This document shows, one piece after another, positions 9,529 to 17,237 of a stretch of 42,912 nt of DNA. This DNA comes from Marinobacterium sp. (GTDB lineage: Bacteria > Pseudomonadota > Gammaproteobacteria > Pseudomonadales > Balneatricaceae): assembly GCA_041586815.1 (NCBI GenBank), contig JBFGZM010000001.1, positions 1-42,912 of the forward strand, in the 5' to 3' direction. Within the stretch, counting starts at the first letter, position 1; each line of letters begins with the position of its first letter. A model generated the notes under the pieces. That model did no database searches. It had not been told where the DNA came from and saw nothing but the letters and a program-made list of their open reading frames with translations. Made by a program: the position numbers and the translations under genes.

Positions 9529-9711
9529 ATGAATGATCTGACACTTGATGAACTCAATATCCTGCTGTCCGTGTTTGCACGGGCCGGCGTCGAGGCAGGA
9601 GCCGGTGACGAGGGTGAATTACTGCAGCGCCTGCGTCAGGCCCAGGTCGAGCGTGAAGAGCTGGACAGCCTGGACTTTGACGACTGTGCTGGTGGTGCCT
9701 GCAAGCTGTAA
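9529..9711 (+). CDS. Small acidic hypothetical protein (60 aa) ending DDCAGGACKL
   Basis: ATG 9529 with AAGGAA RBS; fills the gap after recJ; GC3-rich codons; C-terminal Cys pair. Confidence 0.7.
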   Translation: MNDLTLDELNILLSVFARAGVEAGAGDEGELLQRLRQAQVEREELDSLDFDDCAGGACKL

Positions 9712-9938
9712 CCCGTGGTCAGCCATCTGTTGTCAGCGATGACACTAGATAGGTTTGCGGCGGGCACTAACATCATGCAGGATGTGCCTTGGGGGCTTAA
9801 TCAGGGATGAACAGGACAGGGTCTGCCGCGTAACCGGATTGCCGCCCGTTATGCCCTCTTATCTTCACAGCGAAGCCGGGTGTGCCCTGCTGGGGCCGCT
9901 TGAGTCAGGAGCCATGGATGTCAGCAGGAAGCAGGAAG

Positions 9939-12698
9939 ATGTCTGCTTGTATAGCGCCAAAGCGAATGCCGCATCCAGGGTCTGTCACTGTGTTCATGGC
10001 TGCGTTGGGGCTCTGGCCATCGGCCGCTGTGGCAGCCGGTATCCAGACCCTGCTGGATAATCCTGTCGCGACTCTGGCACCGCTGCTCGCGTTTTTGCTG
10101 CTGGCGCTGGTACTTGTCTGGCTGCGCTGTCGACGTCAACAGGCGCGGCTGCGAGAACGCGAAGCCTCTCTGTATCGATACCGGGCTATCTTCAATGCGC
10201 TGCCTGAGGCGGCCGTTATCAAGAATGGGCGCGGCCAGTTTCTGGATTGTAACCGGGCTTTTACTGCATTTTCGGGACTGGATGTCGAGGTGTTGCGCGG
10301 CAAAACCAGCCGCGAGTTATTTTCGGTGGCGGACGGCCAGCGTATTGCGGAGCAGGATCGCCGTGCCATGAAGTCCGATGGGCTTTTTCCGGGTGAAGAC
10401 TGGGTGCACAGTACCGGTCGGCGGCCGCGCCTGGTGAGTTTCTTGCGCACCCGCTTGCCGGTGCAGGGACCGGAGGAACAGACCCTGCTGGTAATCGGCA
10501 CCGACATTACCGAACAGCGCCAGGAAGAGGTCATCGCGCGGCTGCAGAACATGACGCTGGACTGCCTGCTGCGCGGTATTGCTTTGCCAGAGGTGCTTGA
10601 GCGTCTGGTTGAAACGGTGGAACAGGCCTATCCCGGGTTGCTTGCGTCGGTCATGCTGCTGGACAAGGATCGTCTGCTGCGATCCACCGCGGCCCCGTCC
10701 TTGCCTGACTATCTCTGCGAGGCGACAGACGGGCTTGAGGCTGCTGAAGGTGTTGGATCCTGTGGCACGGCCGCAGCGACAGGCAGGCGGGTGATCGTCG
10801 AGGACATCGCCGAGCATCCCTATTTCGAGTCATTTGTCGAAATCGCCCGGCGGGCAAATATCAGCGCCTGCTGGTCGGAGCCGGTGCTGGGCAGTCAGGG
10901 TGAGGTTCTGGGAACCTGCTGTCTCTATTCCCCCGACGCCGGCGGTCCGACGTCGGCCCAAATCAAGCTGCTTGAGCAGGCCGCCCGGCTGGTGAGCCTG
11001 GCGGTGGAGCGCAGCCGGCGCGAGGATCAGCTGCGAAAACTGTCGCGGGCAGTGGAACAGAGCTCCAGCATGGTGGTGATTACCGACGCCAGTGGCGTTA
11101 TCGAATACGTCAACGAAAAATTTTGTGAGGTAACCGGCTACAGTGTCGAGGAGGTTCTGTCGCAGCGGCCTTCGCTGTTGAAATCCGGCGAGACCGATGT
11201 CGACGTTTACCGCGACATGTGGCAGTCGCTGCTGGCGGGACAGGACTGGCATGGCGAGATACGCAATCGACGCAAGTCGGGTGCACTCTACTGGTCAGCC
11301 CTGTCGGTGTCGCCCATCCTGGATGAAGACGGTAACGTGACCCACTTTATCGGCATCAGTGAGGATATCTCTGCCCAGAAGCATTCCCAGGCGCAGATTG
11401 AACAGCTCGCCTTCTACGACCCTCTCACCCAGCTGGGAAATCGTCGCCTGTTCCGCGAGCAGCTGGATCAGGAGCTGCGCAAGGTACGTCGTACCGGGCA
11501 ACAGCTGGCTGTGTTCTATCTGGATCTGGACAACTTCAAGCAGATTAACGATACCCTCGGCCACGATATCGGTGATCGGCTGCTGCAGGCGATCGCAGGA
11601 CATCTGCGAGTGACCCTGCGTGAAACCGATATCATTGCTCGCCTGGGTGGCGACGAGTTTATTATCCTGCTGCCCCAGGTGACGGGCCTGGCCCAGGCCA
11701 AGAAAGTGGCGGAAAAGCTGCTCAAGACGTTGCTGACGCCGATTCCGGTGGCCGGGCACGAGGTGCTGATTACCTTCAGTATCGGCATCACGCTGGCGCC
11801 CGATGATGGCGATACCTGGTTTGTGCTGATGAAGAACGCGGATCTGGCGATGTACCGGGCCAAACGCCAGGGACGCAACAACTACCAGTTCTTCACCCGC
11901 GAGATGAATGAAGAAGTCATGCGCCGGGCACAGATGGAAGCCGAGTTGCGCACGGCACTGGAAGAGGGGCACTTCAGTCTCGTCTACCAGCCGCAGTGGA
12001 ATCTGCTGGGTGGTTTGCAGCTGGTGGGCATGGAAGCCCTGATTCGCTGGCATCATGCCGATCGCGGCTGGATCTCGCCAGTGGAATTTATTCCGGTGGC
12101 CGAAGAACTGGGACTTATCGTGCCGCTGGGCAACTGGGTCATTCATGAGGCCTGCCGGGCCGGTTTCCACCTGGTTGAACAGGGGCACGACGTCAAGGTG
12201 GCGGTCAACCTGTCGCTGCGACAGTTCCGCGATCCGAACCTGCTGGATACGGTACGCCTGGCGTTGCAGAATAGCGGCCTTGAGGCGCGCCATCTGGAGT
12301 TTGAGATCACCGAGTCCATGATCATGGACGATATCAGTCGTGTGCTGGAAATTCTCGGTGCGCTCAAGGAGCTGGGGGTAACGCTGTCCATTGATGACTT
12401 CGGTACCGGCTATTCGTCGCTGAGCTACCTCAAGCAGTTGCCGGTGGATCAGCTCAAGGTGGATGCGTCCTTCGTGCGTGACATTCCCCATGACCACAAT
12501 GACATGGAAATTGCTGCCGCAGTGATCGCCATGGCGCACAAGCTGGGGCTCAAGGTGGTGGCGGAGGGGATTGAAACCCCGGCGCAACTGGCATTTCTGC
12601 GGGAGAACCGTTGTGAAATGGGGCAGGGTTACCTGCTGGCACGTCCGGGACCACTGGATGCCGTTCTGCAGTTGCTGGAGGTCGAACTGACCGATTGA
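9939..12698 (+). CDS. Membrane-anchored PAS-GAF-PAS-GGDEF-EAL diguanylate cyclase/phosphodiesterase
   Basis: TM segment, PAS motifs, GAF (GVGSCGTAA...ACWSEP), RETD I-site plus RLGGDEF, MEALIRW, DDFGTGYSSL; start uncertain (9918-9996 alternatives). Confidence 0.92.
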   Translation: MSACIAPKRMPHPGSVTVFMAALGLWPSAAVAAGIQTLLDNPVATLAPLLAFLLLALVLVWLRCRRQQARLREREASLYRYRAIFNALPEAAVIKNGRGQFLDCNRAFTAFSGLDVEVLRGKTSRELFSVADGQRIAEQDRRAMKSDGLFPGEDWVHSTGRRPRLVSFLRTRLPVQGPEEQTLLVIGTDITEQRQEEVIARLQNMTLDCLLRGIALPEVLERLVETVEQAYPGLLASVMLLDKDRLLRSTAAPSLPDYLCEATDGLEAAEGVGSCGTAAATGRRVIVEDIAEHPYFESFVEIARRANISACWSEPVLGSQGEVLGTCCLYSPDAGGPTSAQIKLLEQAARLVSLAVERSRREDQLRKLSRAVEQSSSMVVITDASGVIEYVNEKFCEVTGYSVEEVLSQRPSLLKSGETDVDVYRDMWQSLLAGQDWHGEIRNRRKSGALYWSALSVSPILDEDGNVTHFIGISEDISAQKHSQAQIEQLAFYDPLTQLGNRRLFREQLDQELRKVRRTGQQLAVFYLDLDNFKQINDTLGHDIGDRLLQAIAGHLRVTLRETDIIARLGGDEFIILLPQVTGLAQAKKVAEKLLKTLLTPIPVAGHEVLITFSIGITLAPDDGDTWFVLMKNADLAMYRAKRQGRNNYQFFTREMNEEVMRRAQMEAELRTALEEGHFSLVYQPQWNLLGGLQLVGMEALIRWHHADRGWISPVEFIPVAEELGLIVPLGNWVIHEACRAGFHLVEQGHDVKVAVNLSLRQFRDPNLLDTVRLALQNSGLEARHLEFEITESMIMDDISRVLEILGALKELGVTLSIDDFGTGYSSLSYLKQLPVDQLKVDASFVRDIPHDHNDMEIAAAVIAMAHKLGLKVVAEGIETPAQLAFLRENRCEMGQGYLLARPGPLDAVLQLLEVELTD

Positions 12699-12730
12699 GT
12701 GCGATCGCGCTGCGCCACCGATCTCGGTGA

Positions 12731-12764
12731 TTGTCATGAATCTGTCATTATTCGGGCATAGTCT
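12731..12764 (+). promoter_or_regulatory. Pho box (PhoB site) with downstream -10
   Basis: TTGTCAT-GAAT-CTGTCAT (12731-12748), 11-bp periodic direct repeat, followed exactly 10 nt later by TAGTCT (12759-12764). Confidence 0.72.
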
Positions 12765-12801
12765 GGCGACCAGAATGTCGCTAGCTCCCGGTGATTACAG
12801 C

Positions 12802-14571
12802 ATGCAGTCAAGCCTTCACACAGCGCCTGTGGCGAACGAACCCAGTGTGCTGGATGCAATTCTTCGTGATGAAAACCTGACACCCTATTTCCAGCCCATT
12901 GTCGATCTGCAAAACGGTGAGGTGATCGGTCACGAGGCCCTGATACGCGGCCCTCAGGGCACTGTCATGCAGATGCCGGGGCCGCTGTTCGAAGCGGCGC
13001 TGGCCGAAGGGCGGCTGGCAGACCTGGAACTGTTATGCCGGCGCCTGGCGCTTGAGCGTTTCGCCCAGTTGCGGCCTGCCGGCAAGTTGTTCCTGAATAT
13101 CAATGCGTCTCTGCTCGGCATGCCGGGGCATCCCCAGGGGCTGACGCTGGAATGGCTCGACGAGTTGCAAATTCCCCAGGCGAGTATCGTTATCGAGTTG
13201 TCGGAACAGCACCCGTTTGACCACTGTGGCCTGACGCAGACAGCCGTGCGTCACTACCAGGACATGGGCTTTGGCATCGCCATCGACGACCTGGGTTCCG
13301 GTTATTCGGGCCTGCGCCTCTGGTCCGAGCTTGAACCGGCGTACGTCAAGATCGACAAGCATTTCGTGCGCGGTATCGATCAGGACAGCGTGAAACGCGA
13401 GTTCGTCAAATCCATTATCAATATCGGCAACAGCACCCGCTGTCATATCATCGCCGAGGGGATCGAAACCCGCGGCGAGCTGCATACGCTGCAACTGCTG
13501 GGCGTCGGTCTGGGGCAGGGCTTCCTGCTTGGCAAGCCCCAGTCGCTGCCGGTGGCAGTGGCGGCATGCCGGCTTGCTGCCATGGAACCGGGTCGCGGGC
13601 AGCGGGACAATGAGCGCGGCGAAACCGCTGCCGTTCTGCTCAAGCCGGCACCGGCCGTGACCCTGGCCGACAATATCGGTGCCGCCAGTACCCTGCTGCG
13701 CCAGCACCCCGATCTGACGCTGATACCGGTGCTGGATGATGGTCAGCCCGCAGGCGTATTGCGTCGCCATGAACTCTGGGAACTGTACGCCAGCCAGTAC
13801 GGGCGGGCGCTCTACGAACAACGCCCGGTGAGTTGCATGCTTAAACGGGATTTTCTGGCTGTCGAGATCAATATGCCGCTGGAGCAGGTGTCCCATCTGC
13901 TGACCGAGCAGGAATCCAGCCTGATGCAGCAGGATATCCTTGTCGTCCAGGACGGCAGTTACCTGGGCATGGGCAGCGTGCGTGACCTGTTGCGGAACAT
14001 TACCGAACTCAAGATTCGCACGGCGCGCTATGCCAATCCCCTGACACTGCTCCCGGGTAATGTACCGGTGAACGAGGAACTTGATCGCCTGCTGGTCGGT
14101 GCCTGTGATTTTCACGTTGCCTACTTCGATCTCAACCAGTTCAAGGCTTACAACGATCGCTATGGCTATGGCCGGGGTGACCGGGTCATTCGTCACCTGG
14201 GCGACTTGCTGGTGCGCCATGCCGGTGCGCCTGATACCTTTGTTGGTCATATCGGCGGTGATGACTTTGTGGTGATTTTTCGCCATGGCCTGTGGAAACA
14301 GACCTGTGAACGCATTCTGGATGAGTTTGACCATTCGGTGCGCGAGTTCTATGACCCTCAGCACCTGAAGGATGGCGGTATCTGGTCCGAGGGGCGGGAT
14401 GGCACCCAGCTGTTTCATGAGTTGCTGGGGCTCGCTGTGGGCGTGGTACATCCCGATCCCTACCGCTGCCCCGGCTTTCAGGAGGTCGCCGAGCTCGCGG
14501 CAGAGGCCAAGAAAGCTGCCAAAACAACCAGCCACGGGCCCTTGTACCTGTCTTCGCGCCGCGCTCTCTAA
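12802..14571 (+). CDS. EAL-CBS-GGDEF(GGDDF) c-di-GMP phosphodiesterase, RapA-like architecture
   Basis: FQPIVDL...HEALIRGP, DDLGSGYSGL, CBS-like middle region, ANPLTLLPGN, HIGGDDF; ATG 12802 lies downstream of the Pho-box promoter. Confidence 0.9.
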   Translation: MQSSLHTAPVANEPSVLDAILRDENLTPYFQPIVDLQNGEVIGHEALIRGPQGTVMQMPGPLFEAALAEGRLADLELLCRRLALERFAQLRPAGKLFLNINASLLGMPGHPQGLTLEWLDELQIPQASIVIELSEQHPFDHCGLTQTAVRHYQDMGFGIAIDDLGSGYSGLRLWSELEPAYVKIDKHFVRGIDQDSVKREFVKSIINIGNSTRCHIIAEGIETRGELHTLQLLGVGLGQGFLLGKPQSLPVAVAACRLAAMEPGRGQRDNERGETAAVLLKPAPAVTLADNIGAASTLLRQHPDLTLIPVLDDGQPAGVLRRHELWELYASQYGRALYEQRPVSCMLKRDFLAVEINMPLEQVSHLLTEQESSLMQQDILVVQDGSYLGMGSVRDLLRNITELKIRTARYANPLTLLPGNVPVNEELDRLLVGACDFHVAYFDLNQFKAYNDRYGYGRGDRVIRHLGDLLVRHAGAPDTFVGHIGGDDFVVIFRHGLWKQTCERILDEFDHSVREFYDPQHLKDGGIWSEGRDGTQLFHELLGLAVGVVHPDPYRCPGFQEVAELAAEAKKAAKTTSHGPLYLSSRRAL

Positions 14572-14629
14572 CCACAGGATCCGGGGCGCCTGCCGGGAAC
14601 AGGCTGTGCCCGGTGACGGTGATTTTCTC

Positions 14630-14638
14630 TGCTATAGT
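14630..14638 (+). promoter_or_regulatory. Putative extended -10 promoter for the nudF-parE cluster
   Basis: TGcTATAGT about 26 nt before the nudF ATG. Confidence 0.4.
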
Positions 14639-14664
14639 GTGCGTTTCGAAAATGGAACCCGCAC

Positions 14665-15300
14665 ATGGCTGAGCCTTGGAAACCCCGCTTCGGCGCTGCT
14701 GATTTTCGTATCAATGCGGAGGAAGCACTGCATCATGGTTTTTTCAATCTCGATCGCGTGACGGTGACCCATCGCTGTTTTTTGGGGGGTGAGGCCAGGA
14801 TCGAACGCGAGCTCTACCGGCGTCGTGATGCGGTCTGCGTGCTGCCCTATGATCCGGTGATGCGGGCCGTGGTGCTGATCGAGCAGTTCCGTGTTGGTAC
14901 CCTGGACCACCCCCGTGGCCCCTGGCAGCTGGAGCTGGTGGCGGGCCTGGTCGAGCAGGGAGAAAGCGCCGCCGATGTGGCACGGCGCGAAGCGGTGGAA
15001 GAGGCTGATCTGCAACTCGGTGACATTGAGCCCATCAGTCGCTTTACGCCAAGCCCCGGCGCTGCACGGGAATATATCGATCTGCTCTGTGCCCGGGTGG
15101 ATGCCAGCCGTGCCGGTGGCGTCCATGGTCTGGCGGAAGAAGGCGAGGATATTCTGGTGCATGTGGTGTCGCTGGAGGATGCCTGCGCCCTGGTGCGCGA
15201 CGGGGTGATCGATAACGCACCGGCCATCATTGCGATACAATGGCTGCAAATGCACAGCCCGCGACTCGAACAGCAGTGGGTTCAATCGGAGCTTCCATGA
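14665..15300 (+). CDS. nudF: ADP-ribose pyrophosphatase (Nudix)
   Basis: LPYDP...VVLIEQFR, Nudix box GLVEQGESAADVARREAVEEAD, GVHGLAEEGEDI; nudF-yqiB-cpdA-yqiA-parE synteny. Confidence 0.92.
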   Translation: MAEPWKPRFGAADFRINAEEALHHGFFNLDRVTVTHRCFLGGEARIERELYRRRDAVCVLPYDPVMRAVVLIEQFRVGTLDHPRGPWQLELVAGLVEQGESAADVARREAVEEADLQLGDIEPISRFTPSPGAAREYIDLLCARVDASRAGGVHGLAEEGEDILVHVVSLEDACALVRDGVIDNAPAIIAIQWLQMHSPRLEQQWVQSELP

Positions 15301-15734
15301 AACGCAAGTATGTACCCGACCTGTCGCGGCAGATGGCTCAGTGCGAGGCCAATTACGCGCGCATGATGAAATTGCTGCCGGACCTGGATGTCTGCGATCA
15401 TCGCGAATTCCAGGTGTACTGGAAAGCGCATCAGGTCGTGGTGCGCCTTGAAGTGGAAGAGCGCTTCGCCTACACCAGCACGGTGCTGGTCAAGCAGCTG
15501 CACGAGGGATCAAGCTGGCTGTCGACGCCGACCCTGGTGGTGCGGCTCTATCACGATGCCACCATGGCGGAGGTCATTTGCCTGAAGAGCCGGCGCCAGT
15601 TGTCCGGTGTTTATGGCTACCCCAACCGCGACATGCACCACCCCGATGAAAAGGCACAGCTCAACGGTTATCTGGGCGAATGGCTGAATCACTGCCTCAA
15701 TCATGGTCACCACAACGAGCCCGTCTTTGTCTGA
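15297..15734 (+). CDS. yqiB: DUF1249 family protein YqiB
   Basis: CEANYARMMKLLP, VRLYHDATMAEV, YPNRDMHHPDEKAQLN; ATGA overlap with the nudF stop. Confidence 0.9.
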   Translation: MKRKYVPDLSRQMAQCEANYARMMKLLPDLDVCDHREFQVYWKAHQVVVRLEVEERFAYTSTVLVKQLHEGSSWLSTPTLVVRLYHDATMAEVICLKSRRQLSGVYGYPNRDMHHPDEKAQLNGYLGEWLNHCLNHGHHNEPVFV

Positions 15735-16545
15735 AGAACTGCCATTCGTAGCGTCTGAAATGCCTGTTCGTGTGCTGCAATTGAGTGACTGCCACCTCAG
15801 CCCCGAACCCGGCGGCCTGTTCCGTGGCATAGACCCGATGTTGCAACTGCAGACGGTGGCGGCGGATGCGCGGCGGCGTTTTGCGCCGGCGGATCTGCTG
15901 CTGCTGACCGGGGACCTGACCCATCACGGCGGGCCTGAGGCCTACCGGCGTTTGCTGCAGTCGGTTGAAGGCCTTGCGCACCGGCGTCACTGGCTGCCCG
16001 GCAATCACGATGTGGCAGCGTCCCTGCAGGCGGTCGAAGCGGCAGAGCCGGCACTTGGCTGCAAGCGGATCGACACGCCGCACTGGCGCATTCTGCTGCT
16101 GGACTCCACCGACGCCCCCGATGGCCGTGGTGGCGGCAGTCTGGCGCAGGCCGAGCTCGACTGGTTGCAACAGCAACTGAGCGACGCTGGGCGGCGCTGG
16201 GTGTTTATCGCCCTGCATCATAACCCGGTGGCGCTGGGCAGTGTCTGGCAGGACGCCATCATGCTTGGCAATGCGGCACCCTTCTGGGCCCTGGTGGAGG
16301 CTTGTCCACAGGTGCGTGGCGTTATTTTCGGTCACGTGCATCAGCAGCAGCAGCTGTGGCGCGCAAGCGTGCAGCTGTTCGGCGCGCCTTCCACTGCGCT
16401 GCAGTTCGAGGCCGGGTGCGCGGAGTTTCAGCTAGAAACCGATATGGCGCTGGCCCGGCCTGGGTATCGCTACTATGAACTGGCGGACGATGGTCGCATT
16501 GAGGCGCAGCTGTGCCGCGTCGCGGTGCCGGATTGCGTCGGCTAG
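15727..16545 (+). CDS. cpdA: 3',5'-cyclic-AMP phosphodiesterase (metallophosphoesterase)
   Basis: QLSDCHL, LTGDL, PGNHD, ALHHNP, FGHVHQ, PST motifs; synteny; start uncertain (TTG 15727 or ATG 15760). Confidence 0.88.
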   Translation: MSEELPFVASEMPVRVLQLSDCHLSPEPGGLFRGIDPMLQLQTVAADARRRFAPADLLLLTGDLTHHGGPEAYRRLLQSVEGLAHRRHWLPGNHDVAASLQAVEAAEPALGCKRIDTPHWRILLLDSTDAPDGRGGGSLAQAELDWLQQQLSDAGRRWVFIALHHNPVALGSVWQDAIMLGNAAPFWALVEACPQVRGVIFGHVHQQQQLWRASVQLFGAPSTALQFEAGCAEFQLETDMALARPGYRYYELADDGRIEAQLCRVAVPDCVG

Positions 16546-16591
16546 GCCCCTCCGGTATGGTTCCGCCATGCAGGTTCAGCAAGGAGCGGGG

Positions 16592-17221
16592 ATGACGCAG
16601 ACCCATTTTATCTATGTCCATGGCTTTAACAGTTCTCCTGCGTCGATCAAGGCCCGCATCCTGGCGGAGGGCCTCAATCGCCAGGGTCTAGGCGGGCACT
16701 ACAGTGTGCCGGCGCTGTCGCACTGGCCCTCCGAGGCCATGGCACAGCTGGAAGCCCTGGTGAGCGATCCCGCGGTACCGGTATTGCTGGTGGGCAGCTC
16801 CCTGGGGGGCTTTTACAGCACCGCACTGGTGGAAAAATATCCCCATTGCCGCTGTGTGCTGGTGAACCCTGCGGTGGCCCCGCAGGTACTGCTGGCCGAC
16901 TGGCTGGGCGAAAACGAAAATCTCTATACGCACGAGCATTACCAGTTGACACCCCGGCACCTGGCGCAATTGCAGGCACTGGTGTGCCCTGAGTTGCAGG
17001 GGCTGGAGCGTTACCTGCTGCTGCAACAGACCGGGGATGAAACCCTGGATTACCGCGAGGCAGTGGCGCGTTATGCAGGAGCTGCGCAGTTTGTGCAGCC
17101 CGGTGGCAGCCATGGCTTTGACCGTTTTGAGGATCTGCTGCCTGCGATACTCGCTTTTGCAGACGGGCGCATCGCACTGCCCGACCCTGTAGCCTTACCT
17201 TTCTCTCAGCTATCGCATTGA
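16592..17221 (+). CDS. yqiA: YqiA/UPF0227 family esterase
   Basis: YVHGFNSSP, GSSLGG nucleophile elbow, NPAV, GDETLDY, GGSHGF; AAGGAG RBS before 16592. Confidence 0.9.
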   Translation: MTQTHFIYVHGFNSSPASIKARILAEGLNRQGLGGHYSVPALSHWPSEAMAQLEALVSDPAVPVLLVGSSLGGFYSTALVEKYPHCRCVLVNPAVAPQVLLADWLGENENLYTHEHYQLTPRHLAQLQALVCPELQGLERYLLLQQTGDETLDYREAVARYAGAAQFVQPGGSHGFDRFEDLLPAILAFADGRIALPDPVALPFSQLSH

Positions 17222-17237
17222 CAGGAATCCGCAACCG

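Noticed and set aside
9712-9938. c-di-GMP riboswitch upstream of the GGDEF-EAL gene
   Set aside because: No GEMM-type GGCAAACC/GNRA/GACGCAAA pattern recognised by eye; a covariance-model search would settle it
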